NCBI GenBank assembly: GCA_026414325.1
Contig: JAOAJF010000002.1
Span: 1 to 63,241, forward strand
DNA from: Candidatus Micrarchaeota archaeon
Lineage (GTDB): Archaea; Micrarchaeota; Micrarchaeia; Anstonellales; Anstonellaceae
DNA: 63,241 nt
Direction of reading: 5' to 3'
Shown: in pieces, positions 8,633 through 16,737 of the stretch
Numbering within the stretch: the stretch's first letter is position 1
How the letters are laid out: every line of letters begins with the position of its first letter
The notes under the pieces: generated by a model
What the model saw: the letters and a program-made list of their open reading frames with translations, nothing else
The model's database searches: none
What the model was told of the DNA's origin: nothing
Translations under genes and position numbers: made by a program

Positions 8633-10003
8633 ATGCCAAAGCGCTTAAGCGAGGAAGAATTTCTAAAAAGAATTGAAAAAATAAACCAAACTGACCCTTG
8701 TTTTATTTTCGATCCTTCCAAATGCTTAAGATGTGGTCGTTGCGCTATAAAATGCCAACTTATTCAAGGGCTTTGTCCAAAACAATTTGATGAAAATTCT
8801 AAAAAATGGCTTGCCTGCCCAACTATTAGCCATGATGAAAACCTCGCTTTTTGTTCTTATTGTGGCCAGTGTTTATTAGTCTGTCCAACTAATGCTATAG
8901 ACGATAAAAAACAAATCGAACAAGTAAGTAGAGAACTGGAAGATAAAACAAAAATAGTTGTGGCTCAGACCGCTCCGGCAATCAGGGCAACTATAGGTGA
9001 GACTCAAAACATGCCCCCTGGAACTCTTAGCACTGGAAGATTAGTAGCTGCTCTTAGAAAATTAGGTTTTAATAAAGTTTTTGATACAAATTTTGGAGCT
9101 GATCTAACTACTATCGAGGAAGCAGAAGAATTGTTAAAACGTATAGAAAACAATGAGCAATTGCCTCTAATTAGCTCTTGTTGCCCAGCTTGGATAAGAT
9201 ATATGGAAAAATTCTTTTTTGATTTTAAAGATAATGTAAGTACTACTAAAAGTCCACATCAGATGGTTGGTTCTGTTATTAAGACCTATTATGCAAAAAA
9301 GAACAATTTAGATCCAAAAAATATTGTAGTGGTAAGTCTCATGCCTTGCACTGCAAAAAAATTTGAAGCAACCAGAGAAGAACAAAAAATAAATGGCCTA
9401 GCAGCAGTTGATTATGTTCTTACAACAAGAGAGCTTGGTCTAATGCTCAAGCAAGCAGGTATTGAGCTTAGAGCATTAGGAGATGAGTTTTATGATAGCT
9501 TAGTTGGCTGGTCTTCTGGAGCAGCTGCTTTGTATGGTGTGAGTGGAGGAGTGAGCGAATCTGTACTAAGATATATAAGCTACAAGCTTAGCAATGGACA
9601 GGAACAAAAACCAGAATTTATTCAAGTGCGAGGGGATCAACAAATAAGGCAAGTCTCTCTAACTATTTGTAATAGAGAGCTAAATATAGTGATTGTTCAT
9701 GGTCTAAATAATGCAAAAAAAGTTTTAGAACAAGTAAGAGAAAAAAAACTTAATCCACATTTTATTGAGATTATGGCTTGCCCTTTTGGTTGCATTGGGG
9801 GAGGGGGTCAGCCAAAACCACCAGCCGAACAAGTAATTAAAAAAAGAGCCATGGCTTTGTACTATCAGGATAATTTGTTAGAGATTAGATACCCTCAACA
9901 AAACCAAGAAATACAAACTCTTTACAAGGAGTATTTAGGCCAGCCTGGTTCAGCAAAGGCTAAAGAAATACTTCATACTACTTATTTTAAAAGAGAAAAT
10001 TAG
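8633..10003 (+). CDS. hydA: [FeFe]-hydrogenase catalytic subunit (2x[4Fe-4S] ferredoxin domain + H-cluster domain + SSU-like tail)
   Basis: Cluster motifs CLRCGRCAIKC and CSYCGQCLLVCP. H-cluster motifs are L1 ISSCCPAW, L2 MPCTAKKFE and L3 EIMACPFGCIGGGGQP. Also VAQTAPAIRATIGE, FDTNFGADLT and a tail LGQPGSAKAKEILHTTY. Confidence 0.85.
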   Translation: MPKRLSEEEFLKRIEKINQTDPCFIFDPSKCLRCGRCAIKCQLIQGLCPKQFDENSKKWLACPTISHDENLAFCSYCGQCLLVCPTNAIDDKKQIEQVSRELEDKTKIVVAQTAPAIRATIGETQNMPPGTLSTGRLVAALRKLGFNKVFDTNFGADLTTIEEAEELLKRIENNEQLPLISSCCPAWIRYMEKFFFDFKDNVSTTKSPHQMVGSVIKTYYAKKNNLDPKNIVVVSLMPCTAKKFEATREEQKINGLAAVDYVLTTRELGLMLKQAGIELRALGDEFYDSLVGWSSGAAALYGVSGGVSESVLRYISYKLSNGQEQKPEFIQVRGDQQIRQVSLTICNRELNIVIVHGLNNAKKVLEQVREKKLNPHFIEIMACPFGCIGGGGQPKPPAEQVIKKRAMALYYQDNLLEIRYPQQNQEIQTLYKEYLGQPGSAKAKEILHTTYFKREN

Positions 10004-10019
10004 AAAAGCTAAAATTCAA

Positions 10020-10093
10020 TGCGTCCGCCGGGATTTGAACCCGGATTACTAGCTTGGAAGGCTAGAGTCCTAACCAGGTTGAACGACAGACGC
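10020..10093 (-). tRNA. tRNA-Gly (anticodon UCC)
   Basis: The reverse complement GCGTCTGTCGTTCAACCTGGTTAGGACTCTAGCCTTCCAAGCTAGTAATCCGGGTTCAAATCCCGGCGGACGCA folds as a cloverleaf. Anticodon loop is CTTCCAA. Confidence 0.9.
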
Positions 10094-10169
10094 ACTTTTC
10101 TAAATAGAACTTTTTCACTATTTTTATATTCTTAGAAATATTTAAATCTTTTTAAAATTTTATATCTTT

Positions 10170-10904
10170 TTATTCGAACAAAATCTTTGCAATATAAAGT
10201 AATATTATTCCCCCTAGCATTAACAAAAATCCAATAAAAGAATATTTTTTATTTTGTTCTTTGTGTAACTCTGGAACTAAATCTGCAGAAGCAATATATA
10301 TAAATCCTCCAGCAGCAATGCAAATTAAAACTAGTTTTAGGGGTTCAATATTTTCTGAAAGATAAAAACCAACTACAGAGCCAAGTACTGCAGAAAGAGA
10401 AACTAAAAAATTTAAAAAAAGTGCTTTTGATTTTTTCATTCCAAAATGCAGTAATATTCCCATATCTCCCAATTCTTGAGGGATTTCATGTAGGATTATT
10501 ACTGCACTGGTAGCTATACCTATATTAATATCTATCGAAAAGGCAGTTCCTATTGCCAATCCATCTATAAAATTATGTAAAACATCCCCATATAAATTCA
10601 TATAAGAAAGATGGTGCTTACATTGCGGCTCTTTGTCATGGCAATGATGCCAAAATAAAAATTTTTCTAAGATGAAAAAAAGCACAAAACCGCTTAATAC
10701 AAAAATCGCAACTTGTTCAAAATTTTTGGCTATTTCTAAAGCCTCATCAATTAAATGAAAAAATGCTCCTCCTAACAAAGCCCCTGCAGCAAAAGCAACA
10801 AGCAAGTAAATATATTTTGAAATTTTTGGGGAGTAAATTATCAATCCAACCAAAGAAAAGAGACTAACTATTATAGCTGCTGCTAAAGCAAATATTAATT
10901 CCAT
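10170..10904 (-). CDS. zupT: ZIP-family divalent metal (zinc) transporter
   Basis: HNFIDGLAIG and HEIPQELGD signature helices, 244 aa, multi-pass. Confidence 0.8.
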   Translation of the reverse strand: MELIFALAAAIIVSLFSLVGLIIYSPKISKYIYLLVAFAAGALLGGAFFHLIDEALEIAKNFEQVAIFVLSGFVLFFILEKFLFWHHCHDKEPQCKHHLSYMNLYGDVLHNFIDGLAIGTAFSIDINIGIATSAVIILHEIPQELGDMGILLHFGMKKSKALFLNFLVSLSAVLGSVVGFYLSENIEPLKLVLICIAAGGFIYIASADLVPELHKEQNKKYSFIGFLLMLGGIILLYIAKILFE

Positions 10905-10988
10905 AATTTTTTTTTGTTTTAAGAATTTAAAAATCTTTTTTAGTATTTGTTTTTATCCTAATAAAGATAACTTTTGCTTTATTCAAGT

Positions 10989-11585
10989 CTAAAAAAATAC
11001 TTCCTCTTTTGAAAATCTTATTTTTGGTTTTGGTTTATCTGCAGCATAACCAATTGGTACTACTACTGTTGGTATTAGATTAGGTGGTAATTTTAAAATT
11101 TTAGAATATTTTTCTGGCTCAAAGCCTTCCATTGGGCAAGAATCAAATCCCAAATATTTTGCAGCTAAAAGTGTTGTTTGCATTGCAATATAGACTTGTT
11201 TTTGTGCCCAATTCTTTTTTTGCTCCTCACTCATTGAAGCAGAAAATTCTTTTAGCATTTGTACATAAGCTTTAGCTTTTTGTTCAGGAAGCTTTTTGCT
11301 AAGTTCTTTTTCCAGAAGAGAAATATTTTTTTCTATATCTAGTTCTGCACAAAATACTAGCAAATGTGAACAAGTTCTAATCTGCTCTTGATTGTAAGAA
11401 GCAGCAAAAAGCTCTTCTTTAATTTTTTTATCCTCTACAACCTTTATTTTCCAAGGTTGCAAATTATATGAAGAAGGACTGAGCAAAATCATTTTAAAAA
11501 GCTCATCTAATTTTTCTTTTGGAATTTTTCTTCCATCAAATAATTTTGTTGCATATCTTTTTTCTAAAATTTCTTTAAAATCCAT
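10989..11585 (-). CDS. NAD(P)H nitroreductase family protein
   Basis: RYATKLFDGRKIPKEKLDELFKMILLSPSSYNLQPWKIKVV. The track ORF starts at TTG 11618. I prefer the ATG at 11585, which is preceded by GGTGAGAGT. Confidence 0.75.
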   Translation of the reverse strand: MDFKEILEKRYATKLFDGRKIPKEKLDELFKMILLSPSSYNLQPWKIKVVEDKKIKEELFAASYNQEQIRTCSHLLVFCAELDIEKNISLLEKELSKKLPEQKAKAYVQMLKEFSASMSEEQKKNWAQKQVYIAMQTTLLAAKYLGFDSCPMEGFEPEKYSKILKLPPNLIPTVVVPIGYAADKPKPKIRFSKEEVFF

Positions 11586-11655
11586 ACTCTCACCCCTGTT
11601 TTGTACTATTTTAATCAAAAATATCTTTTTAAATTAAATTGTTGTTTTTTAGGTT

Positions 11656-12678
11656 ATGAGTAATTCTACTCAAACAAAGGAAAGCTTTCCTTTCAGAAGC
11701 GCACAACAAATAATAAACGATATAAAAGAGCTAAAAATACAAGGTGCAAGAAGAATAGCAAAAGCTGCTGTTGATGCAGTTATCTGGCAAATAAAAAACT
11801 CCAAAGCAAAAACTACAGATCAATTCCATGATGAAATTGTAGCTTTGGTTTTAGAATTAGAAAAAACTCGTCCAACCGAGCCAATGATGAGAAATTCTCT
11901 TCGAACAACCTTAAGATTTATTTTAAGCTGGTTAAGATTGAATAAAAAAGACGATCTGGTTGCTTTAAAATCAAATCTATTAAAATTTGAAAAAAATTTG
12001 CTTGATCTAATGGATGAAGAAGTAGAAAAATTAGCTCAAATTGGTTCTTCTCTAATTAAAGATGGCTCTAAAATTTTAGTTCATTGCCACTCAAACTCAG
12101 TAGTAAAAATTTTACAAAATTGTTTTGATCAAAATAAAAATATAGAAGTTAGCTGTTTAGAAACTAGACCTCTTTTTCAAGGAAGGCTAACTGCAAGAGA
12201 GCTCTCTAGTTATGGAATAAAAACCAATCTTTATGTTGATGGAGCAGTTGGAAGTATTATTCAAAAACACGATCTGGTTTTGGTTGGCGCAGATGCAATA
12301 ACTGCAGAAGGGGATTTAATAAACAAAATAGGCACATTTACTATCGCCCAGGTCGCAAAAATAAATCAGGTTAAATTTTTTTCAGCTGCAGAAATTTTTA
12401 AATATGACCCTTTAACAAGGTTTGGGATAGAAGAGATTATCGAGCAAAGAGATTATTTAGAAGTTTGGGGAGATGGGCGATACCAAAAAGAGCCTCAAGA
12501 CATTGAAATTTCTATAAACGATAACTTAAAAGTTTATAATCCAAGTTTTGATAGAACTCCAGCTGCATTTATAAGTGCTTATATATGTGAAGAAGGCCTA
12601 ATTCCCCCTCCTCTTATGGGTTATGTTGCTGAAAAAAAATTAAAACTAAGTCTAGGTGATTTAAATGAAAGTCTCTGA
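11656..12678 (+). CDS. e2b2: Ribose-1,5-bisphosphate isomerase (eIF-2B alpha/beta/delta-like)
   Basis: eIF-2B-like fold motifs ILVHCHSNSV and VGADAITAEGDLINKIGT. It overlaps the downstream AMP phosphorylase gene by 14 nt. Confidence 0.8.
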   Translation: MSNSTQTKESFPFRSAQQIINDIKELKIQGARRIAKAAVDAVIWQIKNSKAKTTDQFHDEIVALVLELEKTRPTEPMMRNSLRTTLRFILSWLRLNKKDDLVALKSNLLKFEKNLLDLMDEEVEKLAQIGSSLIKDGSKILVHCHSNSVVKILQNCFDQNKNIEVSCLETRPLFQGRLTARELSSYGIKTNLYVDGAVGSIIQKHDLVLVGADAITAEGDLINKIGTFTIAQVAKINQVKFFSAAEIFKYDPLTRFGIEEIIEQRDYLEVWGDGRYQKEPQDIEISINDNLKVYNPSFDRTPAAFISAYICEEGLIPPPLMGYVAEKKLKLSLGDLNESL

Positions 12679-14230
12679 ATACAACAACATAAAAGAAAAA
12701 ATTTTTAAGATCCAAAAAATGGAGCTAAAGGTAAGAAAAATAAAAATAATGGCAGCAGGAAACATAGTAGTTTTAAATTCTACCTTTGCTTTTCAAAATG
12801 GAATTTATGCAGATTATAGAATAAAACTCGAAAATACAAAAAAGAAAAAAGAATTAATTGCAATTGTTGATCTAACTAATGAGATGTTAAAGCCAGGGGA
12901 AATTGGCCTTTTTGAAAATGTTGCAAAGGCTTTAGATGTTGAAGATGGCCAAAAAATATATGCTCAACTTGTACTCAGGCCCCAAACTCTTTCTTTTATT
13001 AAAGAAAAAATAGAAGGAAAAACCTTAACTGCAGACAAAATCGATCAAATAATAAAAGATGCTATGCAAAACAAACTTTCAGATGCAGAGCTAGCCTCAT
13101 TTATGACTGCTTGTTATATTAATGGTATGTCCGACGAGGAAATCATTGGTCTTACAAATACAATTGTGGAGAGTGGCCAGACCTTAAAACTAAACAAAAA
13201 ACCAATTGTAGATAAGCATAGCATTGGAGGAGTTGCAGGAAATAGAACTACTATGATAATTGTTCCAATTGTTGCTGCAGCAGGTTGTTATATTCCAAAA
13301 ACTTCTTCTAGAGCAATAACCTCTGCAGCAGGCACTGCTGATACAATGGAAGTTTTAGCAAATGTTTCGTTGGAAATTGAAGAGATAGAAAAACAAGTTA
13401 GATCAATTAATGGTTGTATTGTTTGGGGTGGGGCAATAAATTTAGCTGCTGCTGATGACAAACTAATAAAAATAAGAAATCCTCTTTCTTTAGATCCAAA
13501 AGGAGTTTTACTAGCCTCTATTTTAGCAAAGAAAAAAGCAGTAGGAGCAAGATATTGTATTATAGATATTCCAGTTGGCAGAGGAGTAAAAATAGAAGAT
13601 GCTTCTGAGGCAAAACAACTGGCAGGGGATTTTATAAATCTTGGAAAAAAGCTTGGAATAGAAATTGAAGCTCTTATAACAAACGGAGAAGACCCAATAG
13701 GAAATGGAATTGGTCCTGCACTAGAATGCAAAGATGTTTTAGAAGTTTTAGAAGGAAAAGGACCTCATGATCTAAGAGAAAAAGCTCTGATTATGGCTGG
13801 AAAGCTTTTAGAATTAGCTCAAAAAGCAAAGAAAGGAGAGGGCTTTGCTTTAGCAGAAAGTATTTTAAATAGCAAAAAAGCCTTAAAAAAATTTCAACAA
13901 ATCGTCCAATGGCAGGGGGGTAAAAAAAATATTTCTTCTAAAGATGTGCCTGTAGCAAAATATAAACATACTATTTATTCCACTAAAACCGGAAGAGTAT
14001 CTCATTTAGACAATAAACTTTTGGCAAGAGTTGCAAGGGCTGCTGGAGCACCATCTGATAAAGAAGCAGGTATCTATCTCTATTGTGAAAAAGGCGATAT
14101 GATCTCAAAAGGTCAGCCAATTATGGATATCTATTCAAACTCAGAAACAAAATTGTCAGTAGCAATAAAAGTATTAGAAGAATATGGTCCAGTAGAGTTA
14201 GAAAAAGTTTTACTTGATAGTATTCGCTAG
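12665..14230 (+). CDS. deoA: AMP phosphorylase (thymidine phosphorylase family with archaeal N-terminal extension)
   Basis: 521 aa. DKHSIGGVAGNRTTMIIVPIVAAAG and TSSRAITSAAGTADTMEVL pyrimidine-nucleoside-phosphorylase motifs. GGTGAT lies 5 nt upstream of the ATG. Confidence 0.85.
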   Translation: MKVSEYNNIKEKIFKIQKMELKVRKIKIMAAGNIVVLNSTFAFQNGIYADYRIKLENTKKKKELIAIVDLTNEMLKPGEIGLFENVAKALDVEDGQKIYAQLVLRPQTLSFIKEKIEGKTLTADKIDQIIKDAMQNKLSDAELASFMTACYINGMSDEEIIGLTNTIVESGQTLKLNKKPIVDKHSIGGVAGNRTTMIIVPIVAAAGCYIPKTSSRAITSAAGTADTMEVLANVSLEIEEIEKQVRSINGCIVWGGAINLAAADDKLIKIRNPLSLDPKGVLLASILAKKKAVGARYCIIDIPVGRGVKIEDASEAKQLAGDFINLGKKLGIEIEALITNGEDPIGNGIGPALECKDVLEVLEGKGPHDLREKALIMAGKLLELAQKAKKGEGFALAESILNSKKALKKFQQIVQWQGGKKNISSKDVPVAKYKHTIYSTKTGRVSHLDNKLLARVARAAGAPSDKEAGIYLYCEKGDMISKGQPIMDIYSNSETKLSVAIKVLEEYGPVELEKVLLDSIR

Positions 14231-14388
14231 AAGTGAAACACACCTATTTAAATCTTTTTGTCTATTAAATATTTATCTAGATTTACTTAGAGGAGGTTGT
14301 ATTCTCATGGCTCTAAAGGAGGTAACAAAACAAAAAGGGTGTTTAGCCATCCTCTAATTTTATCACCAATACAAATTTTTCTTCTTCT

Positions 14389-14565
14389 TTGAACTTAAGA
14401 AAAAAACAACCTCTAAATTCTAATTTTAAAACTAAATTAAGTATCGAGCAAATACGCTATATTAAAAATTACTATTTATCCAATCCAATAAGTGTTAGAG
14501 AACTTGCCAAAATTTTTAATGTTTCTCCATCTTCTATTTGGAGAGCAATAACCAAGGAGGTGTAA
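14389..14565 (+). CDS. Small stand-alone helix-turn-helix protein or transposase/resolvase-type HTH remnant (58 codons, TTG start; not in ORF track)
   Basis: Hand translation gives ...KTKLSIEQIRYIKNYYLSNPISVRELAKIFNVSPSSIWRAITKEV*. The frame is open from 14347. There is no ATG, so the start is uncertain. Confidence 0.3.
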   Translation: MNLRKKQPLNSNFKTKLSIEQIRYIKNYYLSNPISVRELAKIFNVSPSSIWRAITKEV

Positions 14566-14568
14566 ATT

Positions 14569-14754
14569 ATGAAAATTATAGGAAATTGTTTTCTTTTAAG
14601 ACCCATAAACACAGAACAAAAGCCGCTCTTATTGAAAAAAGAAGAGAATTCAGCCCAAAATACAGCAGCTCAAAAAAACAATAAAGAAGAATTCAACAAA
14701 TTTTTTAATAGGGATAGGAAAATGCCAGATGCCCCAGGAGGGATAGGATTTTAA
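14569..14754 (+). CDS. Hypothetical small protein (61 aa)
   Basis: The ATG is preceded by AAGGAGGTG, which overlaps the end of the HTH mini-ORF. I recognise no motif. Confidence 0.4.
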   Translation: MKIIGNCFLLRPINTEQKPLLLKKEENSAQNTAAQKNNKEEFNKFFNRDRKMPDAPGGIGF

Positions 14755-14819
14755 AAGAAAACTAAACTAAAAAACTAAAATAAAAAACAATTTAAATTAA
14801 TTTCTCCATTATAAAGTTC

Positions 14820-14921
14820 GGAGGGGTAGCAAAGCCTGGTCAAATGCGCAGGACTCAGAAGAGCGCAGCTGGGCAATCCTGTCCCTAAGTGGGTTCGTGG
14901 GTTCAAATCCCACCCCTTCCA
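14820..14921 (+). tRNA. tRNA-Leu (anticodon CAG) with a 16-nt intron at the canonical 37/38 position
   Basis: Acceptor GGAGGGG/CCCTTCC. Anticodon stem CAGGA...TCCTG is interrupted by AGAGCGCAGCTGGGCA (14860-14875). Long variable arm TCCCTAAGTGGGTTC, T-arm GTGGGTTCAAATCCCAC, followed by a T7 run. Confidence 0.85.
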
Positions 14922-14982
14922 TTTTTTTGTTAGTTTAATGCTCGCAATTAAACTATTAAATATTAATTTCTAAACAAAAATT

Positions 14983-15906
14983 ATGGACAGTTTAACATTT
15001 TTTAAAAAACTTGGAAAAATCAAAGTTTATAAAATCAATTCACAAGCTTATCCAGAAAACAGCTATGTAATTTGTCATCCATCTTTTGCAGAAGTTTTAT
15101 ACAAGCCATTTTGTGCAGGCATTTCTTTGCAAAATAAAATGCAGAGAGCTTCTTTGGAATTTGCAAAAGCACTCAAATTTCTTTGTCTAAAAAATCAAAT
15201 AGAAAAGAAGACAGTCGTGGAATTAGTTCTTTTAAGTGGAGGGCTATTTTATAATCTAAACTTTGCTTTTAAAAAACTTTATAATTTTTCTTTACAGCAA
15301 TGCTTTTTAGGTATCTCTCGTTACATGCTAAAAGAAAAATTTGGGGAATTTGATGCAAAGATAGACTACTCTAATTTTGAAGCATTGCCAGATAATGCAA
15401 CTGTTTTAATAGGAGATACACTAGCAACTGGCGCAACCCTTTCTAAAGCAGTGGAGCATTTAAAACAAGTTTCAGAAGAACAAAATAAAAAAATTCGCTC
15501 AATATTTTTTGTTACTTTAGCAGGTTCAAAAAAAGGTGCTATTGCATTTAAAAACGCAACTAAAAAATTTGAAAATATTTCTAGTGCAATTATTTTTGCC
15601 CATCAAGTATTTCATTTAATGCCAGATGGAACTGATTTAAGATTTTTTGGGCCAGATGCTTTAGCTCCCTTAGAAAGTATTAATAAAACAAAAAAGCTCT
15701 ACGGTGAAAAATTAGGCCATGAGTTTAAATGCGCAGTTTTTGATTGGGGGACTAGATGTAAAAACCCTTTAGCTCATTATGAAGAATTTGAAAACTATAT
15801 TGAAAATTTTTCTAGAACTTTATCTGATAAAAATTCATTAAAGGTTTTAGATGGTTTATTAAAAGAAGTTAAAAAAGAAAAAAAAGCTTACAGTGGAACA
15901 ATATAA
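14983..15906 (+). CDS. Divergent phosphoribosyltransferase-fold protein (UPRTase-like)
   Basis: ATVLIGDTLATGATL resembles the PRPP-binding loop (VxxxDPMLATGGS in UPRTases). LLSGG and MPDGTDLRFFG are in UPRT-like positions. Confidence 0.45.
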   Translation: MDSLTFFKKLGKIKVYKINSQAYPENSYVICHPSFAEVLYKPFCAGISLQNKMQRASLEFAKALKFLCLKNQIEKKTVVELVLLSGGLFYNLNFAFKKLYNFSLQQCFLGISRYMLKEKFGEFDAKIDYSNFEALPDNATVLIGDTLATGATLSKAVEHLKQVSEEQNKKIRSIFFVTLAGSKKGAIAFKNATKKFENISSAIIFAHQVFHLMPDGTDLRFFGPDALAPLESINKTKKLYGEKLGHEFKCAVFDWGTRCKNPLAHYEEFENYIENFSRTLSDKNSLKVLDGLLKEVKKEKKAYSGTI

Positions 15907-15933
15907 TTTAAACCTTTTTGTTTCTATTTTAAT

Positions 15934-16668
15934 ATGGTTGAATTGTTTAGGTCTAGAAAATTTATTGAAATTCCTAAATTTTTTAATATAAAAAATAATT
16001 CTTTTAAAAACAATTTTTTGAAATTTTTTTCTAAACAAAATGAACGAAAAGAATTTGAGTTAGTTCTAAAAAATTATTTTTCATCAAAAAAAATCTCCAA
16101 ACCATTAATCTATAACTATTTAATGAAAACACCCTACTTTTATTTATTTGATAATTCAAAACTTCCATTATTAGAAAATTATACTGAAAAAGAGCTCAAA
16201 AGTTTTCTCAATTTAATCACCTCTATCCGACTAAAAAATTTTGTATTCGAGCTTATTTTTTTACCAGAGGTACCTAAAAATCCAAAAAATCCTTTAGAAA
16301 AATTTTTCTTTAAATTTAAATATGCTAAATATGTTGTTGATAAAGCAATTGCAGATTTTATTTATCCTGCTGTTTTTAGTTCTGAAGTTTGCAGAAAACT
16401 CTTTAAGTATACTCACTATGTTTCAAATTTAGCAGTGTTCTTAGGAACTTATTTTATTAGCAATGATCTTTCTTATTCTTTTTCTTCTTTAGCTTATTTC
16501 AATCTTCCATTCTTATTATTTTACTATGCTCTTCATGTAAGAAACAAAATTTTAGATAACTTTTCTTATGAGTTCAATTTTACTATTAAAAGGGCTTCAG
16601 CTGAAGCCTTTTCAATTCATATTATTTCTAATTCTAAAGATTTTATGGATCGCATCTATCTAAATTAA
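15934..16668 (+). CDS. Hypothetical protein with C-terminal hydrophobic segments
   Basis: 244-aa ORF with no recognisable motif. Confidence 0.4.
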   Translation: MVELFRSRKFIEIPKFFNIKNNSFKNNFLKFFSKQNERKEFELVLKNYFSSKKISKPLIYNYLMKTPYFYLFDNSKLPLLENYTEKELKSFLNLITSIRLKNFVFELIFLPEVPKNPKNPLEKFFFKFKYAKYVVDKAIADFIYPAVFSSEVCRKLFKYTHYVSNLAVFLGTYFISNDLSYSFSSLAYFNLPFLLFYYALHVRNKILDNFSYEFNFTIKRASAEAFSIHIISNSKDFMDRIYLN

Positions 16669-16737
16669 TTTATTGTCGAAAGATGCTTTAAGCGTTGGCT
16701 AAAGATTTAAATATTTTAACTTTCTTTTTTGTTGTTT

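Noticed and set aside
8633-10003. Possibility that the hydrogenase-like gene is a non-catalytic Nar1/NARF-type or sensory paralogue
   Set aside because: All three H-cluster motifs are canonical, including the proton-transfer Cys in SCCP and GGGGQP. There is no PAS or other sensory domain. Non-catalytic relatives typically lose these motifs. This was not verified by alignment software.
12665-12718. Alternative later start (ATG 12719, MELKVRKIKI...) for AMP phosphorylase
   Set aside because: It would remove the overlap with e2b2. However, 12665 has a GGTGAT SD 5 nt upstream and 12719 has none. I kept 12665 and note the start as uncertain.
13288-13731. 147-aa minus-strand ORF inside the AMP phosphorylase gene. 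Similar antisense ORFs occur at 3915-4109, 4269-4547, 17297-17554, 30728-31039, 36100-36432, 41079-41411, 47112-47360, 53085-53702, 57032-57319 and 59201-59467.
   Set aside because: Each lies wholly inside a well-supported gene on the opposite strand. Their compositions are Ser/Phe/Ile-rich mirror images, and none carries a recognisable motif.
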